A DNA stretch of 64,000 nucleotides. Origin: an uncultured Bdellovibrionales bacterium (lineage in GTDB: Bacteria > Patescibacteriota > Minisyncoccia > Moranbacterales > UBA1568). Under the pieces are notes generated by a model that had not been told where the DNA came from, searched no databases, and worked only from the letters and a program-made list of their open reading frames with translations. The position numbers and the translations under genes are program-made. The stretch lies in NCBI GenBank assembly GCA_964624415.1, contig CAZUWR010000002.1, positions 12,454 to 76,453 of the forward strand. Direction: 5' to 3'. This document shows positions 37,400 through 47,284 of this stretch, one piece after another. How positions within the stretch are numbered: the first letter of the stretch is position 1; every line of letters starts with the position of its first letter.

Positions 37400-38440
37400 A
37401 AGAAAGTGGCTTTTTTCAAAAACATGAAAATGGTAGTGTAGGAATATATTTTCTTCTTTGACACGCACGCTTCATAAGAGAGTTATTTACGCGATACAAT
37501 GAATTCTTGATTGACGTATGCATTTTTTTTTGCTATACTATAGATAAGAGTAAGTAAAGAACTTTGACAACTAAGGAACGGTGAGGGTATTTCCAATCAC
37601 AATTTCCCCCTATTTGTGATTGGAATTCTCTTACTGTTCAAATGATCTTATAACATAAGATCTCCCCTGACTGACCAGGGAAACATAAAACAAAAATAAA
37701 AAAATGCCCTAAGTCAGCTACCTGTGTAGTAACCTTTACGCGTTAGTATATAGATAACTGACTTAGAAGCATACCTTATAAAAAAATAAAAAATAAGGAA
37801 AAAACAAAAATAAAGAAAAAAACCAGTTCTTTTAAACAAAGGCCAAGTGCCAGAGAACGGTAAAGAGAAAAGATGTTAAAGTCAGAAAGACATCAAACAA
37901 AAAAGCATGCGCACAAATTACATGCGTAGAAAGCTTGATCATAGTATCTTAAGCTAACATATCTACTCACCCGTTGATATACCAGTAGGGATGCTATTAT
38001 CACACTACACATGTTGGCACATGCCGTCAGGCGATTCACACTGCCCAATATTATTTTATTTAAGGCGTGTCACTGAATCGCCTGACAACCAACTATTTGT
38101 CAGGTGTTGATACTTCCAAACGCTCCTTTATAAGGTGTTTTTTTATTCTCAAAATAAGCTTTTTTCCTTTATTGTGTTTACTCTACACACATTTATCATT
38201 TTCGCTTCTCAGTGTCTGATTGTGGATAAAGTGTGGATAAATGGTGAGTAACTCTTCAAAAAACGTGTTTATCCTTGTGGTTACTTTCTGAGTAAGTCGC
38301 TTTCCTTCGTTTACAAGTTATCCTCTTGTTTTCAACAAACACTATCTATCCACATATTTCACAAAGCACTTCTTTTTTATACACCAAACAGTTCTCCCAT
38401 TAATCATACGTAGGAAAGAAAAAACGAGCTATCCACCAAT
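37400..38440. promoter_or_regulatory. 1.1-kb gene-free AT-rich region with a cluster of DnaA boxes and multiple hairpins. Candidate oriC or DnaA-regulated control region.
   Basis: Perfect DnaA boxes (TGTGGATAA = reverse complement of TTATCCACA) at 38221-38229 and 38232-38240. 8/9 matches lie at 38346-38354 (CTATCCACA) and 38430-38438 (CTATCCACC), with weaker boxes at 38268-38276 and 38328-38336. There are long A/T tracts (37681-37700, 37781-37830). Inverted repeats: CCAATCACAA/TTGTGATTGG (about 37592-37627), CTAAGTCAG/CTGACTTAG (37712-37770), TCAGGCGATTCA/TGAATCGCCTGA (38028-38087). Confidence 0.5.
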
Positions 38441-38444
38441 TCGC

Positions 38445-38873
38445 ATGCCTAATAGTAACCATAAAGGAAAAAATATTTATAATGCTTCTATGCAGAGTTT
38501 AATTCGAAAGAAAGGAATCCTAGGAGAAACTATCGCTTGTACCTATCTTACCAAAAAGGGGTACGTGATAGTGGAAAGGAATTTCCAAAATACCAAGGGT
38601 TATAAATATGGTGAAATAGATATCATAGCGCGCTATGAAAATACGCTCGTTTTTGTTGAAGTAAAAACCCGTCTTACTCGAGAGGGGGAAACAATTCTTC
38701 CTGAAGAGAATATTTCTCCAAAAAAGTTAAAAAATATGGAGAAAATAGCCTCAACCTATATTCGAATGCAAAATATGCAAAATATCCCATACCGCTTCGA
38801 TGCCGTTTCCGTACTTTTCAATCCTCAGTCAAAAATAGCGAAAGTAAGACATTTAGAGCATATATTTTTCTAG
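38445..38873 (+). CDS. yraN: YraN-family (UPF0102) endonuclease-like protein
   Basis: GILGETIACTYLTKKGYVIVERNFQNTKGYKYGEIDIIARYENTLVFVEVKTR. Confidence 0.75.
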   Translation: MPNSNHKGKNIYNASMQSLIRKKGILGETIACTYLTKKGYVIVERNFQNTKGYKYGEIDIIARYENTLVFVEVKTRLTREGETILPEENISPKKLKNMEKIASTYIRMQNMQNIPYRFDAVSVLFNPQSKIAKVRHLEHIFF

Positions 38874-38920
38874 ACAAAGATCGGTATTTTGGTATACTGA
38901 AGTGTATAAGGTTGGGGAAA

Positions 38921-38929
38921 TGTGGATAA
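38921..38929. promoter_or_regulatory. Isolated perfect DnaA box (TGTGGATAA) upstream of the dksA/traR-like gene
   Basis: Exact 9-mer match. Confidence 0.4.
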
Positions 38930-38971
38930 TTTCTATTAACAAAAGGAATACTGGCAAATAGGAATCGATAT

Positions 38972-39349
38972 TTGAGAGTATTTCATGTAATGTTTATGGC
39001 ACTGGAACAAACGCAGTTACAGGAATTGCAGGCTCAGCTTGAAAATAAGAAAGTTCAACTTGAACAAGAATTGAATCGTATCGCGACGCCAACCGGAACC
39101 CCCGGCGAGTATAAAACCCGTTTTGAGGATTTTGGAAGAGAGGATGGCGATAGTGAAAGTGAGACACAGCAGTATGTTGACACTATCGGTGTGGAAGATA
39201 CGCTTGAACAGCAATTGGCTGCTGTGACAGATGCTTTGATGCGTATTCAGGATGGATCCTACGGAAAATGCGGGAAATGCGGTATGGATATTGATCCCGA
39301 ACGGCTTCGCGCCTACCCTGCGGCAAAAATGTGCATACAACATGCTTAA
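38972..39349 (+). CDS. DksA/TraR-family C4 zinc-finger protein
   Basis: C-terminal GSYGKCGKCGMDIDPERLRAYPAAKMCIQHA, preceded by a coiled-coil. Confidence 0.75.
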   Translation: MRVFHVMFMALEQTQLQELQAQLENKKVQLEQELNRIATPTGTPGEYKTRFEDFGREDGDSESETQQYVDTIGVEDTLEQQLAAVTDALMRIQDGSYGKCGKCGMDIDPERLRAYPAAKMCIQHA

Positions 39350-39410
39350 AGGAAAGCAAAAATACGCTGCTTGGTGTATCGGTGGGGGTTTGTTTATTAT
39401 TGATCGCATA

Positions 39411-39749
39411 ATGAAGACTTTTTTCATTATGCGATTTGCTGTATGTAATACAGGTGTAGCCTTCAGTATAGCCATACCTGGAACTATACTCCTTATAGTG
39501 AATGTGTTTTTCATACTAGGTATTCTTTTGTGGTATATAAGGACACCGTATGTGAAGAGCGCGCTTATTAACCGGGGTATGGCGTGTCTTGTCGGGGGTG
39601 CCGTATCGAATATGATCGATCGCCTATGGTATGGGTGTGTGGTGGATTATCTGTATGTTTTTCTTGATTTCATATGGTTCAATATCGCTGATATAGCTAT
39701 CGTATGCGGTGGAGCGCTGATTATAATGGAATGTTTTAGAAAAAAATAG
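39411..39749 (+). CDS. lspA: Lipoprotein signal peptidase (signal peptidase II)
   Basis: NTGVAFSI … GGAVSNMIDRL … VVDYL conserved LspA boxes. The track ORF 39252-39749 probably over-extends at the 5' end; the ATG at 39411 is the likelier start. Confidence 0.8.
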   Translation: MKTFFIMRFAVCNTGVAFSIAIPGTILLIVNVFFILGILLWYIRTPYVKSALINRGMACLVGGAVSNMIDRLWYGCVVDYLYVFLDFIWFNIADIAIVCGGALIIMECFRKK

Positions 39750-39806
39750 ACACTGGTTTAAATAAAATCAGAGTATCGTGTATACTGGAAAGAGATTTTT
39801 GATTTT

Positions 39807-41339
39807 TTGTTTATGCCAGCAAAAATATTTTCAGCAGCAGTACTTGGATTGGAAGGGGAAGTGGTTGAAGTAGAGGTGGATGTATTGGGTTCCGGATTGC
39901 ATCGATTCACCCTTGTCGGTTTGCCTGATACCGCTATCAAAGAATCTCGTGATCGCGTGAGTTCGGCTATAAAAAATAGCGGACTAAAACCACCGCATCA
40001 TTGCGGGAGGATCACGGTTAATTTAGCGCCGGCTGATCTGCCGAAAAACAGCCCCCTGTATGATGTGCCGATAGCACTTTCTTTTCTTGTGGCTACCGAA
40101 CAATTGAAATTCGATGTCCATAAAAAAATGTTTCTTGGAGAGCTTGCCTTGGATGGGCGCATCCGCCCGATTCATGGAGCGCTTCCCATCGCTCTTTTAG
40201 CGAAAAAAGCCGGTTTTGAGGAGGTGTATGTTCCGGAGGATAATGCGCAAGAAGCTGCTCTAGCAGGAGAGATTAAGATATTTCCCATAAAGACGCTTAC
40301 GCAAGTGATCAAACACTTGCAAGGGATGGATCGTATCGAGCAAGTTGCTTTTGATGAAAGTCAGCGTATTTTCGATGAACAAATACATCTATTTGACATG
40401 AAACACGTGCATGGGCAAGAACATGCCAAGCGAGCACTGGAAATCGCGGCGGCGGGAGGGCATAATGTGCTACTGAGCGGTCCTCCGGGATCAGGAAAAA
40501 CCCTTCTCGCCAAAACGCTCCCGTCGATTTTACCCAAACTGGTGTTTGAGGAAAGTCTTGAGATAACGAAAATATTTTCCGTATCAGGCCAACTTTCCAA
40601 ACACAATAGGCTTATAACGCAGCGTCCCTTTCGTTCCCCGCATCACAGTGCGAGTGCCGTGTCACTTGTTGGTGGTGGTTCGATTCCTCGTCCCGGGGAG
40701 ATTAGTTTGTCTCATCGCGGGGTCTTATTTTTGGATGAATTCGGCGAATTTTCAAAAACTATTTTGGAAAATCTGCGCCAACCGCTCGAAGATGGGTACA
40801 TTACGGTAACGAGGGCGAAAGGAGCTATCCGATTCCCGGCACGATTTATGCTTATCGCGGCTATGAATCCCTGCCCTTGCGGCAATGCTTCCGATCCGGA
40901 GAAGATGTGTTCTTGTTCTCACCAGCAGCTTGAAAAGTACAAACAAAGGATATCCGGTCCCATACTTGATCGTATCGATTTGCATATCGAGGTTCCTCGC
41001 GTGCCATTTCATAAACTTGAATCTTCACAGGTATCGGAATCAAGCACTGCTATCCGAAAACGAGTCGAAATCGCTCGTGTCATACAACGGAATCGTTTCA
41101 ATAAGTCAGATATTCTGACGAATAGTGAGATGACCGCTAAGCATATAAAGCAGCACTGTCTTTTAGATGCGCCAAGTATGGAATTATTGCGCCAAGCGGT
41201 TTCTACATTTCATATGAGCGCTCGAGGATATCACCGGCTTATCAAGGTAGCACGGACCATTGCTGATTTGGAGGGTACTGATGCTATCAGCGCGCAGCAT
41301 ATCGGTGAAGCGATTCAGTATCGATTTCGTACCGAGTAG
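39807..41339 (+). CDS. comM: YifB/ComM-family Mg-chelatase-like AAA+ ATPase
   Basis: N-terminal Lon-like domain, Walker A LSGPPGSGKT, Walker B VLFLDEFGEF, zinc-ribbon-like CPCGNASDPEKMCSCS. Confidence 0.9.
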   Translation: MFMPAKIFSAAVLGLEGEVVEVEVDVLGSGLHRFTLVGLPDTAIKESRDRVSSAIKNSGLKPPHHCGRITVNLAPADLPKNSPLYDVPIALSFLVATEQLKFDVHKKMFLGELALDGRIRPIHGALPIALLAKKAGFEEVYVPEDNAQEAALAGEIKIFPIKTLTQVIKHLQGMDRIEQVAFDESQRIFDEQIHLFDMKHVHGQEHAKRALEIAAAGGHNVLLSGPPGSGKTLLAKTLPSILPKLVFEESLEITKIFSVSGQLSKHNRLITQRPFRSPHHSASAVSLVGGGSIPRPGEISLSHRGVLFLDEFGEFSKTILENLRQPLEDGYITVTRAKGAIRFPARFMLIAAMNPCPCGNASDPEKMCSCSHQQLEKYKQRISGPILDRIDLHIEVPRVPFHKLESSQVSESSTAIRKRVEIARVIQRNRFNKSDILTNSEMTAKHIKQHCLLDAPSMELLRQAVSTFHMSARGYHRLIKVARTIADLEGTDAISAQHIGEAIQYRFRTE

Positions 41340-41404
41340 TGATTTTTAGAGCGAAACACGCTATACTTAGAACCTATCGACAGGCTCTAAGAATTGCTCG
41401 ATAG

Positions 41405-42379
41405 ATGAGAAGTGCTACTATGAAACGATTGTTGTTTATAGCGATACTTGTAGTGATAGGAGTGGGATTGTGGCGAGGGTTATCGATGCCTGGCAGTTTT
41501 TGGTATGAGCAGCGGGTATGGATGCCAAAAGACCCTGAAAAAGCGTTGCGCGTGACACTAGATGATGAAGGATACATATTTGAGATAATGACGCATGCGC
41601 GTACGGTGAGCGACTTTTTAAAGGAACAACACATAGCGATAGCCGATACAGATACTCTGTCTGCATCAAAAAATGATCCGCTTTACGAAAACAAAATAAT
41701 ACGCATTCAACGTGCCAAGCATATAATCTTAACTATTGGTGGTGAAAAGCGATCGATAACGACATACCAGACCGATACGGAGAAAATGCTGATTGAGAAC
41801 GGTATTTTTCTCGGGAATGATGATATATTGCTTCCGAAAAAGAGTGGGATAGTGGTGGATGGAGGCAATCTTTCGGTTATACGAGTTGATATTACGGAAC
41901 AGATAGTTGATAAGCCGATTGCCTTTACGAAAACCGAGGAAGAAGATGCAACGCTAAGTTTCAGGAAAACGAAAGTGTTGCAGAAAGGGGAGGATGGCGT
42001 GAAACGATTGACGTATAGGATCATATCGCACGATGGCAAGGAGATTGATCGCACTATGACAAAGCAAGAAGTGATAAAGGATCCTGTTATGGAAAAGACA
42101 GTACAAGGAACCTATGTGGAGGTAGGAAAGGCACATACCGGACTGGGAACATGGTATGCATTCACAGGGACGATGGCTGCGGCTAGTCCCTGGCTTCCAA
42201 TGGGAAGCTATGTAAAAGTCACGAATCAAAATAACGGTAAAACGGTTATCGTAAAAATAAATGATCGCGGACCGTTCGGGAAGAATCGTATTCTTGATCT
42301 CGATAAAGTCGCTTTCGCTAAAATAGCTTCTATTGGAGCCGGTATCATACCGCTTAAAGTAGAGGAAATTACAAATTAG
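41405..42379 (+). CDS. Cell-wall protein with a G5 domain and a C-terminal RlpA-like double-psi beta-barrel
   Basis: TM anchor, a G5-like segment (…KTKVLQKGEDGVKRLTYRIISHDGKEIDRTMTKQEVIKDPVMEKTVQGT…) and a C-terminal DPBB region GTWYAF…GSYVKVTNQNNGKTVIVKINDRGPF. Confidence 0.7.
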   Translation: MRSATMKRLLFIAILVVIGVGLWRGLSMPGSFWYEQRVWMPKDPEKALRVTLDDEGYIFEIMTHARTVSDFLKEQHIAIADTDTLSASKNDPLYENKIIRIQRAKHIILTIGGEKRSITTYQTDTEKMLIENGIFLGNDDILLPKKSGIVVDGGNLSVIRVDITEQIVDKPIAFTKTEEEDATLSFRKTKVLQKGEDGVKRLTYRIISHDGKEIDRTMTKQEVIKDPVMEKTVQGTYVEVGKAHTGLGTWYAFTGTMAAASPWLPMGSYVKVTNQNNGKTVIVKINDRGPFGKNRILDLDKVAFAKIASIGAGIIPLKVEEITN

Positions 42380-42384
42380 AGGAG

Positions 42385-42405
42385 TTATCCATTATTGTGG
42401 ATAAC
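42385..42405. promoter_or_regulatory. Pair of DnaA-box-like 9-mers (TTATCCATT and a perfect TGTGGATAA) upstream of rsmA
   Basis: Sequence match only. Confidence 0.35.
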
Positions 42406-42508
42406 ATTGTATAGATTGTGTATAACTTTATGCATACAGAAGAAACAAAAAAGTAGCGTTCATTGCTTTGATAGGGGTTTATCTGTATAGTAAAGATAAA
42501 CGATTTAT

Positions 42509-43333
42509 ATGTTTTTTATTTTCCCTATGGCTATACAGGCTAAAAAACAACTCGGACAAAACTTTTTGAAAGATGATGCGGTACTTGATCGAATCGTGGA
42601 AGCAGCATCGCTTCAAAAAAGCGATGTAGTGGTGGAAATAGGTCCGGGTACAGGCGCTTTGACGCGAGTGCTTTCAGCGCAGGCTAAAAAAGTTGTTGCA
42701 TTGGAGGTGGATACCGATTTGATGCCCACACTCTTGAAACAATTCCCGCTTTCCGGTAATGTATCGATTATCGAACAAGATATCCTGACGGCAGATGTGG
42801 CGGATATACTGCGAAAACAAGACGTAGCAGAAGGAGATAACTATAAAGTGGTAGCGAATATTCCGTATTATATTACCGCACCTATTATCCAGCGTCTTTT
42901 GGAGCTCCCTATGCCACCTAAGTGTATCGTGTTGATGATACAAAAAGAGGTGGCAGAGCGTATTACGGCCAAAGTCGGCGCTCTGAGTATTTTAGCGGTT
43001 TCGGTGCAGTATTACGCCGACCCAGAACTGCTTTTTATGGTGTCGAAAACAGCCTTTGATCCGGTTCCGAAGGTGGATAGTGCGGTAGTGCGGCTTATAC
43101 CGAAGCGCATTTTCAATAAGGATACGGACAAACTCTTTTTCCGTTATGTGAAAGCCGGGTTTTCTTCGCGTCGCAAAACACTGGTCAATAATCTATCATC
43201 CGGGTTTCATATATCAAAAGAAATCGTAGCGGAAAAACTTACGCGTATAGGAATTGATGTGAATATTCGCGCCCAAGCACTTTCTATTGACGATTGGAAG
43301 CGAGTAGTTGAGATTATGACACCACTTGTATAA
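42509..43333 (+). CDS. rsmA: 16S rRNA (adenine1518/1519-N6)-dimethyltransferase
   Basis: LGQNFLKD … VVEIGPGTGALT … NIPYYIT. Confidence 0.9.
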   Translation: MFFIFPMAIQAKKQLGQNFLKDDAVLDRIVEAASLQKSDVVVEIGPGTGALTRVLSAQAKKVVALEVDTDLMPTLLKQFPLSGNVSIIEQDILTADVADILRKQDVAEGDNYKVVANIPYYITAPIIQRLLELPMPPKCIVLMIQKEVAERITAKVGALSILAVSVQYYADPELLFMVSKTAFDPVPKVDSAVVRLIPKRIFNKDTDKLFFRYVKAGFSSRRKTLVNNLSSGFHISKEIVAEKLTRIGIDVNIRAQALSIDDWKRVVEIMTPLV

Positions 43334-44957
43334 GTATCAGCATATACAGCGTGATGATGCCCAGGAGCCATCCCGGAAGCTTTCGGTAGGAAAGCCACTT
43401 TTTTTCACTTAATTGTGAAAGCATAAGTATCCAAAAAGAAGCGCTTCCTCCTATAAGTGCCCATATAATCAGCTTTGATTCATGAAAAATAATTACGCTA
43501 AGGATATAGGAGAGAAAAATACCGCTACCGATAATAACTTTCCCCCACTGTTCACCGAAAAGAACGGGAATAGTGTATACGTGATCGGCTTTGTCACCGA
43601 CAATATCTTTGAAATCTTTTAATGGGAGCGATACCATAAGGATAAAAAGGAAAAAAGCGATGAAGGATCCCGGAAGTTTGGCTATAGTGCCATCGGGTGA
43701 TACAAGAACAAAGCCTATGACGAGAATAAGGACGCTGGCAATAGCTGACCACAGTGTTGCAAGAAGAGGAAATCGTTTGATACGCAGCGGCCAAGCGGAG
43801 TACATCCAAGCCAAGGCTTGATAAGCGAGAAGTAGGAGCATGCTTTTGAAGCTTACTAATCCTGCAAATACCAGGGATAGTAAGAAAAAGGTTATACCCA
43901 AAGACTTGTATTCTTCGAGAGAAAAGGATTTTTGAGGGAGTGGCCGATAAGTATTGGTCATGTTGTCGATATTTTGGTCGAACAAGTCATTAGCAATAAC
44001 TGAAGCGAGCCAGGCGCAACCGATAGCGATGAGCAGATTGATAATTCCGAGTACATTGAAGAGATTAAGTGTGAGCGCCGCATCTGCAAATTTGAGAGCT
44101 AGGCCGATACCGATGAAAAAAAGGCCGCCATGATAGCAAATTTGCGGGATGCGAGCATTGTGGACAAGCGCGAAGAATTGTTTCGGGAAGTATCGCCAGA
44201 GATAGAAGGTTGCAAGAAAAATGCTAAGCGGTGCATAAATGAGGCTCATTTTTATATTGAGCGCGCTAATGAATTCAAAATGAGCCTGGGTGAATAGTGT
44301 GGGTGGCGAGAGGAAAAGTTGCGCGGTATCGATGTCATTGATAAGAAAAATACTTTTCTGGAATCCAAGTAGCAGGAAACTTAGCCAAGAAGGGAATGTT
44401 CCCAAAATAAAGAGTGTGCTGTAAACGCAAACACTTGATAGAGTCGCGCGGAGCAAGGATTTTGTTTTCAAATAGGTGTATACGCCAACAAAGAGAGTGG
44501 TGATGACGACTTCGATGCGTACGCCATAAGTAATGCCCATATCAGGACGGTCGCCGAAAAGGGTGATATATCGATGTCCTAATCCCGAAAGACTGTCGAA
44601 TTTATAAAAACTCCAAAGATGAGCGCCATGAGTGATCCAGGTGTCCAGCAGTGGCGGTGTGAGAATAATCAAGAAACCGAAAAGAAGCAATGATGAGGAT
44701 TTCGTAAGGGATACTTTCCAAAAAAACGCTACCAATGGCCATAAAAGAAGAAATGAAAAGAGGAAAAAGAAGAAGGTATGCGTGAATTCGTAGAATAAAA
44801 ACTGTAGTGAGCGGGTTTCGAAGTCTCCTAACCAAAATTCGATCATAAGTCGCCCGAGGATAAGCGTTGCAAATGACGATAACCATAAAGCAAAGCTTGA
44901 AGGCGTCTCCTCAAGGGAGGTTACAAATTTTTTTGTTAGAGAGAGAAGGCTTTTCAT
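43314..44957 (-). CDS. UbiA-family prenyltransferase fused to an N-terminal polytopic membrane domain of about 270 aa
   Basis: The C-terminal half carries both Asp-rich UbiA boxes: NDLFDQNID (NDxxDxxxD) and DFKDIVGD (DxxDxxxD). The N-terminal half is an extra multi-TM region. Confidence 0.65.
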   Translation of the reverse strand: MKSLLSLTKKFVTSLEETPSSFALWLSSFATLILGRLMIEFWLGDFETRSLQFLFYEFTHTFFFFLFSFLLLWPLVAFFWKVSLTKSSSLLLFGFLIILTPPLLDTWITHGAHLWSFYKFDSLSGLGHRYITLFGDRPDMGITYGVRIEVVITTLFVGVYTYLKTKSLLRATLSSVCVYSTLFILGTFPSWLSFLLLGFQKSIFLINDIDTAQLFLSPPTLFTQAHFEFISALNIKMSLIYAPLSIFLATFYLWRYFPKQFFALVHNARIPQICYHGGLFFIGIGLALKFADAALTLNLFNVLGIINLLIAIGCAWLASVIANDLFDQNIDNMTNTYRPLPQKSFSLEEYKSLGITFFLLSLVFAGLVSFKSMLLLLAYQALAWMYSAWPLRIKRFPLLATLWSAIASVLILVIGFVLVSPDGTIAKLPGSFIAFFLFILMVSLPLKDFKDIVGDKADHVYTIPVLFGEQWGKVIIGSGIFLSYILSVIIFHESKLIIWALIGGSASFWILMLSQLSEKKWLSYRKLPGWLLGIITLYMLILIQVVS

Positions 44958-44964
44958 ACGTATA

Positions 44965-47205
44965 GTGTATCATAGGATGAAAGATGTGTGCTACAATACT
45001 GAGGCTATGAGTGATTTTTTGGAGCGAGAACTCAATCCCGAGCAGGTACGGGCTATGAAGGCGACGGATGGACCGGTGCTTATTTTAGCTGGTGCTGGAT
45101 CAGGAAAGACCAAGACGCTGACGCATAGGTTGGCGTATTTGATGTATGAAAAAAACGTGCCCCCTTCTCATATACTCGCGGTTACCTTTACCAATAAGGC
45201 TTCCCAGGAGATGAAGGAGCGCATCGCGCACTTGCTTTCACGTATGCGGAGCGAGAATGGTACGGAGCAAACCTATCGATCAGCGCTGCCGCATATTGGT
45301 ACCTTCCACAATATCTGCGCCAAGATACTGCGACAGGAAATTGAAATACTGGGCTATGGCAAGAACTTCAATATTTCGGATGACCAGGATCAGTTGTCGT
45401 TGATGAAGAAGGTGATGAAGTCGCAAAACATCAGCACGGAGCAGATTGCGCCGCGTTCGATACTGAGCGCTCTATCCAAGGCCAAGAATGAATTGTTGGA
45501 TGAAGAGCAGTTTGCCGCACAAGCCGGAAGCTATTATGAGGAGATGGTCGCTAAAGCCTATCGGCAGTACCAGCAGGAACTGCGCAAATCAAATATGCTC
45601 GACTTTGATGACCTTATTTTTCTGACCGTCAGATTACTTCGGGATCACGTCTCTATTCTTGAAAAGTATCAAAACCAATTCCGCTATATTATGGTGGATG
45701 AATACCAAGATACGAATCATTCGCAATATACACTCATCACATTGCTTGCGAAGAAACATCGTAACCTGTTTGTTATCGGGGATGACTACCAATCAATTTA
45801 TGGATGGCGGCAGGCGGATATCCGCAATATCTTGGATTTCGAAAAAGATTATCCTGATGCCAAAATTATCACCCTCGATCGGAACTATCGCTCTACACAG
45901 ATTATCCTCGATGCTGCAGGAAGCGTTATTGCGCGCAATGAGAATCAGCGACATAAGAAAATGTGGACGGAAATAACGGAAGGCGAAACCATAACGGTTT
46001 TTTCGGCTCGGGATGAGCGGGAAGAAGCGGAGTATGTAGTGCAGGAAGTCGTCCGGCAAGCATCTGCACAAAATCGGCCGATGTCTGATTTCGCCGTGTT
46101 GTATAGGACAAATGCACAATCGCGTATGATGGAAGAGGCTTTCTTGCGGGCATCGCTTCCATATCGCGTGGTCGGCGGTATCAAGTTTTACCAGCGCAAG
46201 GAAATCAAGGATATTATCGCCTATCTTCGTTTGACCAAAAACCCTCTGGATAACTTGGCACTGGAACGGATTATCAATGAACCGAAAAGAAGTATCGGTA
46301 AGGCGACGCTGGAAAAATGGTTGAAATCGGCTCAGAACGAGGGGAAAGGCATGCTTGAGGCAGGATATGCACTGACAGCCGAGACGAGCGGTTTAAGGGA
46401 GGTGAAAATACGGTCGATACACGATTTTTGCGAATTGATGAGCAGTTTTCGGGAATCGATCGAATCGTCGAAATCACTTTTTCATCTTATCGGGCATATT
46501 TTGAAAAAAAGCGGCTACTTGAAAAGCTTGGATGACAAGACGAGCGAGGGTGAAACACGCCAGGAAAATGTGCGGGAGCTTTTGAGTGTGGCGAAAAAAT
46601 ACGATGAATACGAGACTGGAGAAGCGCTCCAGCTTTTCCTAGAAGAAGTGACATTGGCTTCGGATACCGATTCTATCGATAGAAGCCTTCCAACCATACA
46701 CCTTATGACCATACACAGCTCCAAGGGACTTGAGTTTCCGGTTATTTTCGTTATCGGTCTTGAGGAAGGGATTTTCCCGCATTCAAGAAGCGCGTTTTCT
46801 CCGCATGAATTGGAAGAAGAGAGACGATTGATGTATGTGGCATTGACCCGCGCCAAACAGAAGGTTTATCTACTTTTCGCTGATCAGCGGACGATTTTCG
46901 GATCGACACAAATCAACCCGACATCGCGCTTTGTGGGTGAAATACCCGAGCATCTCGTGAAGGAGGAACGTTTGAAACGGACCGATATGACGGTAACGGC
47001 TTTTACGGAAGAGCAATTTAAAAGAAAACCAAAGATAAAGCTTTTTTCCAAATCGGATGCGTTTCGTCCCGGGGATTCCGTGAAACACCCGGACTTCGGA
47101 CAAGGACTGATTGTCACACTGGCGAATGATATTGCCACTATCGCTTTCAAAAAGAAGGGGTTGAAGAAAATCAATATTTCTTTGGCGTCGCTGGAGAAGG
47201 TGTGA
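44965..47205 (+). CDS. pcrA: ATP-dependent DNA helicase, UvrD/PcrA family
   Basis: Motif I ILAGAGSGKTKTLTHR, DEYQDTN, further SF1 motifs, and C-terminal VKHPDFGQG. The true start may be the Met of MSDFLERE, slightly downstream. Confidence 0.9.
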   Translation: MYHRMKDVCYNTEAMSDFLERELNPEQVRAMKATDGPVLILAGAGSGKTKTLTHRLAYLMYEKNVPPSHILAVTFTNKASQEMKERIAHLLSRMRSENGTEQTYRSALPHIGTFHNICAKILRQEIEILGYGKNFNISDDQDQLSLMKKVMKSQNISTEQIAPRSILSALSKAKNELLDEEQFAAQAGSYYEEMVAKAYRQYQQELRKSNMLDFDDLIFLTVRLLRDHVSILEKYQNQFRYIMVDEYQDTNHSQYTLITLLAKKHRNLFVIGDDYQSIYGWRQADIRNILDFEKDYPDAKIITLDRNYRSTQIILDAAGSVIARNENQRHKKMWTEITEGETITVFSARDEREEAEYVVQEVVRQASAQNRPMSDFAVLYRTNAQSRMMEEAFLRASLPYRVVGGIKFYQRKEIKDIIAYLRLTKNPLDNLALERIINEPKRSIGKATLEKWLKSAQNEGKGMLEAGYALTAETSGLREVKIRSIHDFCELMSSFRESIESSKSLFHLIGHILKKSGYLKSLDDKTSEGETRQENVRELLSVAKKYDEYETGEALQLFLEEVTLASDTDSIDRSLPTIHLMTIHSSKGLEFPVIFVIGLEEGIFPHSRSAFSPHELEEERRLMYVALTRAKQKVYLLFADQRTIFGSTQINPTSRFVGEIPEHLVKEERLKRTDMTVTAFTEEQFKRKPKIKLFSKSDAFRPGDSVKHPDFGQGLIVTLANDIATIAFKKKGLKKINISLASLEKV

Positions 47206-47284
47206 GCACTATAGATGCAAAAAACTTGCGCCCACATATAATACGTATATACTAAATGTAGAGTGTGTATAAATAAGTCATTCT

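Noticed and set aside
37330-38440. A hidden tmRNA, RNase P RNA, SRP RNA or 6S RNA in the long non-coding region
   Set aside because: I could not find the conserved motifs by eye (tmRNA tag reading frame or GGUUCGA…CCA end, RNase P GGAAAGUCCGG / P4 region, SRP GGAA/AGCAG loop). This is left open as a check, not claimed.
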